From contig JAZRVB010000162.1 of NCBI GenBank assembly GCA_045598885.1, positions 2,809 through 66,808 on the forward strand: a DNA stretch of 64,000 nucleotides. Reading direction: 5' to 3'. How positions within the stretch are numbered: position 1 is the stretch's first letter; every line of letters starts with the position of its first letter. Positions 55,289 through 63,304 of the stretch are shown here, piece after piece. Both the position numbers and the translations under genes were made by a program. The stretch comes from Bacteroidales bacterium. Lineage in GTDB: Bacteria; Bacteroidota; Bacteroidia; Bacteroidales; UBA3663. Below the pieces are notes generated by a model. The model had not been told where the DNA came from, did no database searches, and saw only the letters and a list, made by a program, of their open reading frames with translations.

Positions 55289-56467
55289 GTGCGAGCGTTA
55301 ATCATAGGTCCCAAGTTCCATTACTTCAACCTGAGCGTTGAACGGGCTTTCCGTGCCCTTGGCTATGAGACGCTCATTCTGGCCTATGACAATCCGGTGC
55401 ATCCCTATACGCTCGATAATAAGATCCGTTATAAGTTTGCCGGCGATCAACTGGCCTTGAAGAAAGAGTCAAGAGCCCTGTTTCATCTGGAGGCCGAACT
55501 AGCCTTCGAAGAGTTCTTGCCCGATGTCGTCTTCGTCATGAATGGCGATATGCTGCTGTCCGATACGATCCTGCATTGGCGCGGACAACTTGAAGATGAT
55601 CCGGCTCCCGTGGAGAAACCTGCGAAGGTGGCCTTGTGGTTCTTCGATAGCATGACGCATATTCCTTTGTGCGAAGAGTGCATATCTGTCGTCGATGCCG
55701 TTTTCTGCTACGAACAGACAGATATTCCGATCATCAAGGAGAGATTTGGAGTCGATGCGCATTTCTTGCCTCAGGCGGTAGATACGGAGATCTACTATCC
55801 TATATCTTCTACCGAAGGAAAACTCCTCACTCCTCACTCTATCGAGCCCTCGGCTGAAGCCTCGTCTTCTCGCCAAGAGCATAAAAATGCTCTTTCTTCG
55901 GCTGCGAGGACCTCACTCCTCACTAAAAAATACGACATCGTCTTTGCCGGCGACATCTTCCATAGCCAGAAGCGCCGCCAGGTCATTCAAGCCGTCGTGG
56001 CTCATTATCCAAGCCTTCGAATAAAAGTCTGGGGCGAATACAAACCCTGGTATAAGAATCCATGGAAGTGGCTGACACGTGAGCGCAAGGATATCTATAT
56101 GAACCGCAACGCCAGCGGCAAGCAGCTCAATGAGGACTATAATCAGGCGCGTATCGTACTCAATATCCATCACGAGCAGCAGAAGGATGGCGCCAATCCC
56201 AAGGTTTACGAGATCGCTGCGACGTGCGCTTATCAGATCTGCGATGCCAACCCCTATATTGAGCAGCTTTTCCCAGACGGAGAGATCGGTCTCTACACCG
56301 TCGATCTGCAAGCAGGGGAGGAGCATCGTTACGACTCGCTCTTCGCATGCATCGACTACGCTCTGCAGCACGATATGACCGCTCAGGCAAAAGCGGCTTA
56401 TGAGAAGATTGTGACAAAACATACATTTATCCAACGCATCCAGCAATGTCTCGACACACTCGCATAA
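55289..56467 (+). CDS. CgeB/DUF3880-like glycosyltransferase family protein
   Basis: ALIIGPKFHYF..., YDIVFAGD and NPKVYEIAATCAYQICD resemble CgeB-type GT-B proteins. Probable GTG start at 55289. Contains a ~105-nt in-frame repeat insertion at 55821-55927. Confidence 0.65.
   Translation: MRALIIGPKFHYFNLSVERAFRALGYETLILAYDNPVHPYTLDNKIRYKFAGDQLALKKESRALFHLEAELAFEEFLPDVVFVMNGDMLLSDTILHWRGQLEDDPAPVEKPAKVALWFFDSMTHIPLCEECISVVDAVFCYEQTDIPIIKERFGVDAHFLPQAVDTEIYYPISSTEGKLLTPHSIEPSAEASSSRQEHKNALSSAARTSLLTKKYDIVFAGDIFHSQKRRQVIQAVVAHYPSLRIKVWGEYKPWYKNPWKWLTRERKDIYMNRNASGKQLNEDYNQARIVLNIHHEQQKDGANPKVYEIAATCAYQICDANPYIEQLFPDGEIGLYTVDLQAGEEHRYDSLFACIDYALQHDMTAQAKAAYEKIVTKHTFIQRIQQCLDTLA
55821..55927 (+). 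repeat. composite in-frame insertion: heptamer flanks plus a 64-bp palindromic core
   Basis: CTCCTCACTCCTCACTC (55824-55840), a core at 55847-55910 homologous to 467-524, then CCTCACTCCTCACT (55911-55924). Confidence 0.85.
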
Positions 56468-57243
56468 AATTCTACTGCCGGTCGTTCAATAAGGAACTCT
56501 ATCTGCTCAGTCGCGGACTCTACGAGCAGGCAGGCTATCCTTGCGTCCGACTGACCGATCAGACGGCCGATGGCTATTTCTTTACCATGCTGGCCGATGA
56601 GGAATGCGATATTGCCATCAACGTCGATGAAGACTGTTTCATCACCGATCTTGATGCCGTCTTGGCGCTTGCGAAGAGGGTAGAGGAGGAAGGCTGGGTC
56701 AACGCAGGTTGCAGCGATGCCGGTGCTGGCGTACCTCGCAAGGGAGATCCGACGGTGACCAATCCGTTCTTCAATGTCTTCAATCTCCATGAGATCCGTA
56801 AGTCCTGGAATGCGTATCGCCTGATCCCAGAGTTGAAGAAAGATGCGCTCAAGGGTATCGAACCCTATTATAACTTCTTCCACTGGATGGTCCGTACCTT
56901 CCCTGACCGCACGTTGTATCTCGAGAATACTCGTCATGCCGACACCATCACCACGCAGCTTTACAGCGACCAGTCTCAGATCTGCCTGCACACCTGGTTT
57001 GCGCGTCTCTTCAAGGTTTCGCTCTTTACGCGACTCTTCGAAGGCAATGACCGCAAGGACGTCGATCATCGTCAGCGTATCAATGCCATCATCGATGCAG
57101 CATATACAGCAAGAGGTCTCAGAAGGCCTGTATTCGGTCCTCTGGCGCGTCTTGGTTTCTCGGTGGACGAAATCCTCCGCTGGAGCATCAAAGTGCCACA
57201 GCGCATCGCTAATTGGCCGAAGAAGCTAATGGCAAAAATATAG
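56446..57243 (+). CDS. hypothetical protein (possibly GT-A-like; VDED acidic motif)
   Basis: 265-aa ORF overlapping the upstream stop by 22 nt, with coding-like composition. No family recognised. Confidence 0.6.
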   Translation: MSRHTRIKFYCRSFNKELYLLSRGLYEQAGYPCVRLTDQTADGYFFTMLADEECDIAINVDEDCFITDLDAVLALAKRVEEEGWVNAGCSDAGAGVPRKGDPTVTNPFFNVFNLHEIRKSWNAYRLIPELKKDALKGIEPYYNFFHWMVRTFPDRTLYLENTRHADTITTQLYSDQSQICLHTWFARLFKVSLFTRLFEGNDRKDVDHRQRINAIIDAAYTARGLRRPVFGPLARLGFSVDEILRWSIKVPQRIANWPKKLMAKI

Positions 57244-57262
57244 AGTTCATAGCAACCATATA

Positions 57263-58123
57263 ATGAAAGTAAGTGTCATCATCCCTGTCTATAACGCTGC
57301 TCCTTACATCGCAGAGACCCTGCGTAGTGTGCAGCACCAGACCATGAGCGACTTTGAGGTGATCCTCGTCGACGATCATGGTCAGGATGACAGCATGTCT
57401 GTGGCTCAGACAGTCGTAGGCGATGATCCTCGCTTCCGTTTTATTGAGACACCAGAGAATGCGGGCCCTGGAGTGGCTCGAAACTTCGGTATCAAGGCTG
57501 CAAAGGGAGAGTATATCGCTTTCCTCGACAGCGATGATCTTTGGGAAGAGAAGTTTCTGGAGAATCTTTTCTCGGCGGCTGAGAATACTCCTCACTCCTC
57601 ACTCCTCACTCCTCACTCTTTCGATTTGACTTATTGCCAGCTCAAATATCGTGGAGGCGGTAAGGATGGCCAGGTGCATCGTAATCCTGTCATGCAGAAT
57701 GGTGTCATTGCTCCTGCGGCTCGAAAGCATTTCTTGCAGCACTTCGTTACCTTCTCGGTATGTTTTCTCTACCGACGTGATTTCCTGCTCAGCAACGAGC
57801 TGTTCTTTCCGGCTAAGCGTAACAGCGAGGATACCAACTTCCTGACGCGCTGTCTCCTGCTGGCCGATACCATTGCCTGCGTCGACGAGCCTTTATATAT
57901 ATATAATGTGCGAGAAGAGTCGCTCACCACGGGTCACAATCCGCAGCGTTATAAGGAGCGGCTGCAGAGCCTCAATGCGCTGATGCGAGACTTTAAGGCA
58001 ATGAAACAGGATTCGCGCTATAAAGAAAAGCGTCTAAGCCAGTATAATCTCGTCATGGGATGGATCTGGCTCAAGAAGGGATTGGCTCAAGCTATCAAGG
58101 AAATTGCGCTAGCGCGGTGCTGA
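57263..58123 (+). CDS. glycosyltransferase family 2 protein
   Basis: VSVIIPVYNAAPYI, VDDHGQD and the FLDSDD (DxD) motif. Carries the heptamer tract at 57588-57618. Confidence 0.9.
   Translation: MKVSVIIPVYNAAPYIAETLRSVQHQTMSDFEVILVDDHGQDDSMSVAQTVVGDDPRFRFIETPENAGPGVARNFGIKAAKGEYIAFLDSDDLWEEKFLENLFSAAENTPHSSLLTPHSFDLTYCQLKYRGGGKDGQVHRNPVMQNGVIAPAARKHFLQHFVTFSVCFLYRRDFLLSNELFFPAKRNSEDTNFLTRCLLLADTIACVDEPLYIYNVREESLTTGHNPQRYKERLQSLNALMRDFKAMKQDSRYKEKRLSQYNLVMGWIWLKKGLAQAIKEIALARC
57588..57618 (+). repeat. (CTCACTC) x about 4.4 perfect heptamer tract inside the GT2 CDS
   Basis: CTCCTCACTCCTCACTCCTCACTCCTCACTC, translated as TPHSSLLTPHS. Confidence 0.95.
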
Positions 58124-58163
58124 AAAACTATAAAAACAGATAAAAACTATAAAAACATACATT

Positions 58164-60668
58164 GTGAATTACATCAAGAAACTCTGGCCCTATCTTGTGG
58201 CCCTCATCGTCTTCACTGCGGTGGCATGTATCTACATGTCGCCAGTCCTCGATGGCAAGGTTATCGCTACCTCTGACGGTATTCAGGGACGTGCAGCCGT
58301 GCAGGAGGCGGTGTCTTATTATCAGGAGACTGGCAATCGTACGTGGTGGACAGGCTCCATGTTCTCAGGCATGCCAAACTACCAGATCGGTGGTGGCCGA
58401 TTCACAGCGCAGAACTGGATGCAGCCGATCCGCGAATTGCTCCTCTGGGGACACAGCAATGTCATTGCCATTGTCCTGCTTTATTGCTTAGGCTTCTTCG
58501 CACTGCTTCGCAGCATGAAGGTAGATAAGTGGCTGAGCATCGTCGGCGCGTTGGCCATCGCGTTCTCATCTTATTTCTTTATCATCATCGGTGCCAATCA
58601 CCACAGCAAGACTTCTACGCTTGCCTTGATGGCTGCGGTGATAGCCGGCTTCTATCTGATCTTCCATGGTCATCGTAAGACCGGTATCTGCATGACGATG
58701 ATCTGCTCGGCTGTCGGTTTCTTCCCGCATCCGCAGATGTCGTACTATATGTGTTTTATTATCGGATTCTTCTGGTTGGCAGAATTGTGGGATGCAATTA
58801 AGGATAAGGCCTGGAAAGCCTTTGGTATTAGTACTTTGTTCTTCGTCGCCGCCTTCGGCATCGGTCTTGGCACCGGCACAGGCGCCACCTTCACCAACCT
58901 TGAGTACGCTCAGGAGACCATGCGTGGCGGAGGTTCAGACCTTGCCAAGGACAATGACAATGAGAATAAGACCGATGGCCTCGATCTCGATTATGCCACT
59001 GCCTGGAGCTATGGCATCGATGAGTGCTGGACGTTCCTGATTCCTGACTACATGGGAGGATCGTCGAACTATAACGTCGGTAGCGACAGCGAGCTCTGTA
59101 AGCTGATGGTGCAGCAAGGTGTGCAGCGCAAGCAGGCCGAACAGTTCTGCCAGAGCCTGCCAACCTATTGGGGCGATCAGCCATTCACAGCAGGTCCTGT
59201 CTATATGGGCGCCATCGTCTGCCTGCTCTTTGTCCTCGGTTTGCTGATTGTCAAAGGTCCATACAAGTGGGCGCTCTTAGGCGTGACCATCCTCTCCGTG
59301 ATGCTGTCATGGGGTCACAACTGGATGGGTCTGACCAAATTCTTCTTCGATGTTGTGCCGATGTATAACAAGTTCCGTGCCGTATCATCGATCCTCGTCA
59401 TTGCCGAAGTCACCATGCCATTGCTCGGCTTCCTGGCTCTCAAGCGCCTCTGTGAGGTCAAGCAGCTGGCTGTTGAGGCCGCTAATGGTTCGGTAGAGAA
59501 ATATAATGCCGATGCTTCGATCCAGCAGATGATCCGTCAGTTGACGATTGCCGCTACGGTCATAGCATGCTTGCTTATGATCGCATTCCTTACCACTTCA
59601 GGCTTCACCGGAGCAAACGATGCCAATATGTTCTCACAGTTGCCAGAGTGGCTCAGTGATGGTCTTATCATGCAGCGTGAGGCGATGTTCAAGGCCGACT
59701 GGGCTCGTACGCTCGGCTTCGTCCTCTGCGCCTTTGTCTTCCTTTTCGTCTATCTTAAGATGTACAAGATGCAGGGTACAGCGCTGGTGGCTCTCGTCAT
59801 GGGCGCTTTGATCCTGTGCGATATGTGGCCGGTCGACAAGCGTTATATGAACGATGGCATGTTCTCTAAGGGCAACAGCTTCGAGCAGGCCTTCAAGATG
59901 CAGCCATGGGAGAAGCAGATCCTCGATAACGACAAGGATCCGAACTTCCGCGTCATGAACCTTGCTGCCAGCACCTTCAATGACGCTCGCACCTCTTACC
60001 GCCTCAAGTCCATCGGTGGCTACAGCGCTGCCAAGCTGCGCCGCTACCAGGACCTCATCGACGAGCATCTCAGCAAGATGCACTGGCCTGTCATCGATAT
60101 GCTCAATGCCAAGTATATCATTTTTGCCGACAAGGAGTCTGGCCAGACGGGCGTGCAGCTCAATCCGAATGCCATGGGCAACGCTTGGTATGTCGATACG
60201 CTCATCGTGGTCGATACTCCAAATCAGGAGTGCGACGCCTTGATGCAGTATGACCTGCATACTACCGCCATCCTCGATAAGGAATTTGCTGGGCAGCTCA
60301 AGGGTTATCCTGAGTATGCACAGATCGTCAATCCTTCAGACAGCACGGCTTCGGTACAGCTCACCAAGTATACGCCAGAGTATATCGAGTATGACGCACA
60401 ATCTTCGCAGGATGGTACGATCGTCTTCAGTGAGATCTATTACCCTCATGGCTGGAAAGCCACGATCGATGGCGAGCCTGCCGAGCATTTCCGTGTCAAC
60501 TACCTGCTACGAGCTCTCAATGTCCCAGCAGGTCAGCATCACATCCGCTTCGAGTTCCGTCCTGAGTCGGTCGAGAAGGGTAATATGCTCTCCATGGCGT
60601 TTGTCATTGCGATGTATCTGATCATTGCAGGATGCGTGTTCTTGGGATTCCGCAAAAGCAACTGTTAA
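58164..60668 (+). CDS. YfhO family membrane glycosyltransferase-like protein
   Basis: 834 aa with about 13 N-terminal TM segments, a large extracytoplasmic C-terminal domain and a final TM segment. GTG start. Confidence 0.75.
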   Translation: MNYIKKLWPYLVALIVFTAVACIYMSPVLDGKVIATSDGIQGRAAVQEAVSYYQETGNRTWWTGSMFSGMPNYQIGGGRFTAQNWMQPIRELLLWGHSNVIAIVLLYCLGFFALLRSMKVDKWLSIVGALAIAFSSYFFIIIGANHHSKTSTLALMAAVIAGFYLIFHGHRKTGICMTMICSAVGFFPHPQMSYYMCFIIGFFWLAELWDAIKDKAWKAFGISTLFFVAAFGIGLGTGTGATFTNLEYAQETMRGGGSDLAKDNDNENKTDGLDLDYATAWSYGIDECWTFLIPDYMGGSSNYNVGSDSELCKLMVQQGVQRKQAEQFCQSLPTYWGDQPFTAGPVYMGAIVCLLFVLGLLIVKGPYKWALLGVTILSVMLSWGHNWMGLTKFFFDVVPMYNKFRAVSSILVIAEVTMPLLGFLALKRLCEVKQLAVEAANGSVEKYNADASIQQMIRQLTIAATVIACLLMIAFLTTSGFTGANDANMFSQLPEWLSDGLIMQREAMFKADWARTLGFVLCAFVFLFVYLKMYKMQGTALVALVMGALILCDMWPVDKRYMNDGMFSKGNSFEQAFKMQPWEKQILDNDKDPNFRVMNLAASTFNDARTSYRLKSIGGYSAAKLRRYQDLIDEHLSKMHWPVIDMLNAKYIIFADKESGQTGVQLNPNAMGNAWYVDTLIVVDTPNQECDALMQYDLHTTAILDKEFAGQLKGYPEYAQIVNPSDSTASVQLTKYTPEYIEYDAQSSQDGTIVFSEIYYPHGWKATIDGEPAEHFRVNYLLRALNVPAGQHHIRFEFRPESVEKGNMLSMAFVIAMYLIIAGCVFLGFRKSNC

Positions 60669-60694
60669 CTGTTCATTGTTAACTGTTAACTGAA

Positions 60695-61828
60695 ATGAAA
60701 ATTTCAATACTCGGTCCCTGTTGGCCCTACCGTGGTGGCATTGCAGCCTTTAACGAACGACTTGCTCATCAGCTGCAAGCCGAAGGTCATCAAGTGTCGC
60801 TCTATACATTTACGCTTCAGTATCCAGGATTCCTTTTTCCAGGAAAAACTCAATTTAGTGAAGAATCTGCACCCTCAGATCTCCTTATTGAGCGAAAACT
60901 GTCATCGGTCAATCCTTTTACTTGGCTCTCATTAGGTCGCAAAATAAACAGCGAATGCCCTGATCTTCTCATCATTGCTTATTGGTTGCCATTCATGGCT
61001 CCAGCTTTAGGTTCGGTAGCTCGTTTGGCCAAAAAGAATGGAAAGACCAAGGTGATAGGCCTCCTGCATAATCTGATTCCTCATGAGCATCGTATTGGCG
61101 ATAAGCAGTTCAGCCGCTACTTCATCCAATCCATTGATGCTGCGCTTTCGTTGTCGAAATCGGTGCTCGATGAAATATCACTCTTCAATACCCAACTGCC
61201 TAAGGTATTTTCCCCGCATCCGCTCTATGATAATTTCGGAGAACCTGCCGATAGGGAAGAGGCTTGCAAGAAACTGAGGCTCGATCCTTCTGTCCGATAC
61301 CTGCTGTTCTTTGGTTTGATCAGGAGTTATAAGGGTTTGGATTGGTTAATCGAAGCTTGTTCAAAGAGTGAAGCTATTCTGTCTGGTAGATATAAGTTGC
61401 TCGTTGCTGGCGAGTTTTATGGCAATGAGTCTGTCTATCACGAGCTTGAGAATCGCTTGTCGCTGAATAATCATATCGAATGGCATTCTGTTTTTGTTCC
61501 TGATAGCGAAGTGCGTTACTATTTTAGCGTTGCCGATCTGATTGTTCAACCTTATAAGACAGCTTCACAGTCAGGTGTTACTCAAATAGCCTATCATTTT
61601 CAGAAGCCAATGCTTGTTACCAGGGTGGGAGGATTGCCTGAGATTGTTCCCGATGGCAAGGTCGGTTATGTTGTAGATCCTGATCCGTCTGCAATAGCTT
61701 CAGGAATTGATCGCTTTGATAAAGAAACGCCAGACTTTACCGAGGGACTTTTGTCTCAAAAGCAAAAATACAGCTGGTCGGTGATGACATCTAACTTGCA
61801 AACTCTCTATAAGAATCTTCAGAAGTAA
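60695..61828 (+). CDS. glycosyltransferase family 4 protein
   Basis: GT-B fold with the E(x7)E region GGLPEIVPDGKVGYVVD. Confidence 0.85.
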   Translation: MKISILGPCWPYRGGIAAFNERLAHQLQAEGHQVSLYTFTLQYPGFLFPGKTQFSEESAPSDLLIERKLSSVNPFTWLSLGRKINSECPDLLIIAYWLPFMAPALGSVARLAKKNGKTKVIGLLHNLIPHEHRIGDKQFSRYFIQSIDAALSLSKSVLDEISLFNTQLPKVFSPHPLYDNFGEPADREEACKKLRLDPSVRYLLFFGLIRSYKGLDWLIEACSKSEAILSGRYKLLVAGEFYGNESVYHELENRLSLNNHIEWHSVFVPDSEVRYYFSVADLIVQPYKTASQSGVTQIAYHFQKPMLVTRVGGLPEIVPDGKVGYVVDPDPSAIASGIDRFDKETPDFTEGLLSQKQKYSWSVMTSNLQTLYKNLQK

Positions 61829-61852
61829 TATTTGCTGAAAATAGTTCCGGAT

Positions 61853-62047
61853 GTCATACTTCGCGCGCATTATATGACAAAAACACTTCCGTGGTGTCAT
61901 ACTTCGCGCGCATTGTATGACAAAAACATTTCGGGGTGTCATACTTCGCGCGCATTGTATGACAAAAACATTTCGGGGTGTCATACTTCGCGCGCATTAT
62001 ATGACAAAAACATTTCGGGGTGTCATACTTCGCGCGCATTATATGAC
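61853..62047. repeat. tandem array A3: 4.6 copies of a 42-bp unit (GTCATAC, 12 nt, RTATGAC, 16 nt)
   Basis: GTCATAC occurs at 61853, 61896, 61938, 61980 and 62022. Same 7/12/7/16 geometry as arrays A1 and A2, with different 7-mers. Confidence 0.95.
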
Positions 62048-62085
62048 AAACATAAATTGAAATATAAATCTTAAAATATTGAATC

Positions 62086-62871
62086 GTGTCAGATAACACA
62101 AAACCACTTCGATCACTCGCAGACTGCGATGACGAGCATGTAAAGATACAAAGAGAGAAACTCAAATTCAATCGTACGGTCAACTGGTACGCCTGCTATG
62201 TGCATCCCCAGCACGAATTGCAGTTGCATGACTACCTCATGGGCATCGAGGTAGAGAGGAAAGGCGTACGTCGTGGCAAGGCTAAGAAAGAAGACTTGTT
62301 CGTTGAGGTCGACCCTGCCAAGATGCTCATGGAATGCTATGTCCCCGTGCAGCGCATCCGCGTCAAGCTCTCTGACCGCATGGTCTGGAAGGAGAAGGTC
62401 GTCATCCCTGGCGTCATCTTCGTTCATTGCTCGATCGATAGCCGCGAGCCTTTGTTCTATGGTAAGTATAAGGAATATGTCGTCGGCTTTATGAGCGATA
62501 AAGTTCGTCATCGTCCGCAGCCTATCCCAGATTCCGAGATGGCTACCTTCCGCGCTTTGACCGAATCGGAATATGCCTATCAGATGGAGGCACCGGAGTT
62601 CAAGCCAGGCCAGTCGGTCCTGATCCTTGCCGGTCAGCTCAAGGGTCATGTCGCTGAGCTCGTCAGCAAGAAGGAGGAGATCAGCAAGACGGAGTTCCAG
62701 ACCGATCGATATGGCAAGCCGGTGCTCGATAGCGAGGGCAATCCGATCCCTAAGCATAAGATCACGCTCTGCGTCCGCCTCACAGATATGCTTTGTGCTA
62801 AGTTCGAGGTCGATTCTGACCAGGTCAGCGTTGTGCCGAAGGGTACGAAGACGAAGATTAGTTTTGAATGA
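62086..62871 (+). CDS. NusG-like transcription antitermination protein (UpxY family)
   Basis: NGN-type WYACYVHPQHELQLHDYL and VIPGVIFV. KOW-type GQSVLILAGQLKGHVAELV followed by an insertion of about 45 aa. GTG start. Confidence 0.75.
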   Translation: MSDNTKPLRSLADCDDEHVKIQREKLKFNRTVNWYACYVHPQHELQLHDYLMGIEVERKGVRRGKAKKEDLFVEVDPAKMLMECYVPVQRIRVKLSDRMVWKEKVVIPGVIFVHCSIDSREPLFYGKYKEYVVGFMSDKVRHRPQPIPDSEMATFRALTESEYAYQMEAPEFKPGQSVLILAGQLKGHVAELVSKKEEISKTEFQTDRYGKPVLDSEGNPIPKHKITLCVRLTDMLCAKFEVDSDQVSVVPKGTKTKISFE

Positions 62872-62900
62872 TTTTATAAGATTCTTCCTTGTCAGGAAGT

Positions 62901-63222
62901 GGGGGCTCTTTTGGAGACTCTTTCCAGAGGGGGCTCTTTCCAGAGGGGACTCCTCCCAGAGGGGGCTCCTGCTCGGAGGGAGCTCCATTTCTTTGCCTTG
63001 ATGCAAAGAAGTGGAGGAAAGAAAAATCAAGGCTACGTTCCAGGAGGTTGCTCAGATTGGTCTGACTGGCAAGGAAACAAACGCAGCCTTCGGCTTTGAA
63101 CGGTGTTTCCTTGCTGGCGTCATCCTCAATCTTCGCTTTCAACCTCCTTTCACTATGCCTTTTCAACTCCCCTCGTGTCGCTCCGCTTATGCTACGCTCC
63201 TCGTCCCCTCATTCTTGAGGGG
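62901..63222 (+). repeat. element L: G-rich 16-17-bp tandem repeats, a ~225-bp structured core, and a terminal CCCCTCA/TGAGGGG hairpin
   Basis: Alignable along its whole length to the reverse complement of 63305-63672. Confidence 0.85.
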
Positions 63223-63304
63223 GTTACTATCAGCCGAAACATACTTGAGGGGGTTACTATCAGCTGAAACATACTTGAGGGGGGGGACTATCAGCTGAAA
63301 CATA
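63214..63304. repeat. three tandem 30-bp repeats (CTTGAGGGGGTTACTATCAGCYGAAACATA) at the junction of elements L and R
   Basis: Copies start at 63214, 63244 and 63274. The third copy has one extra G. Confidence 0.9.
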
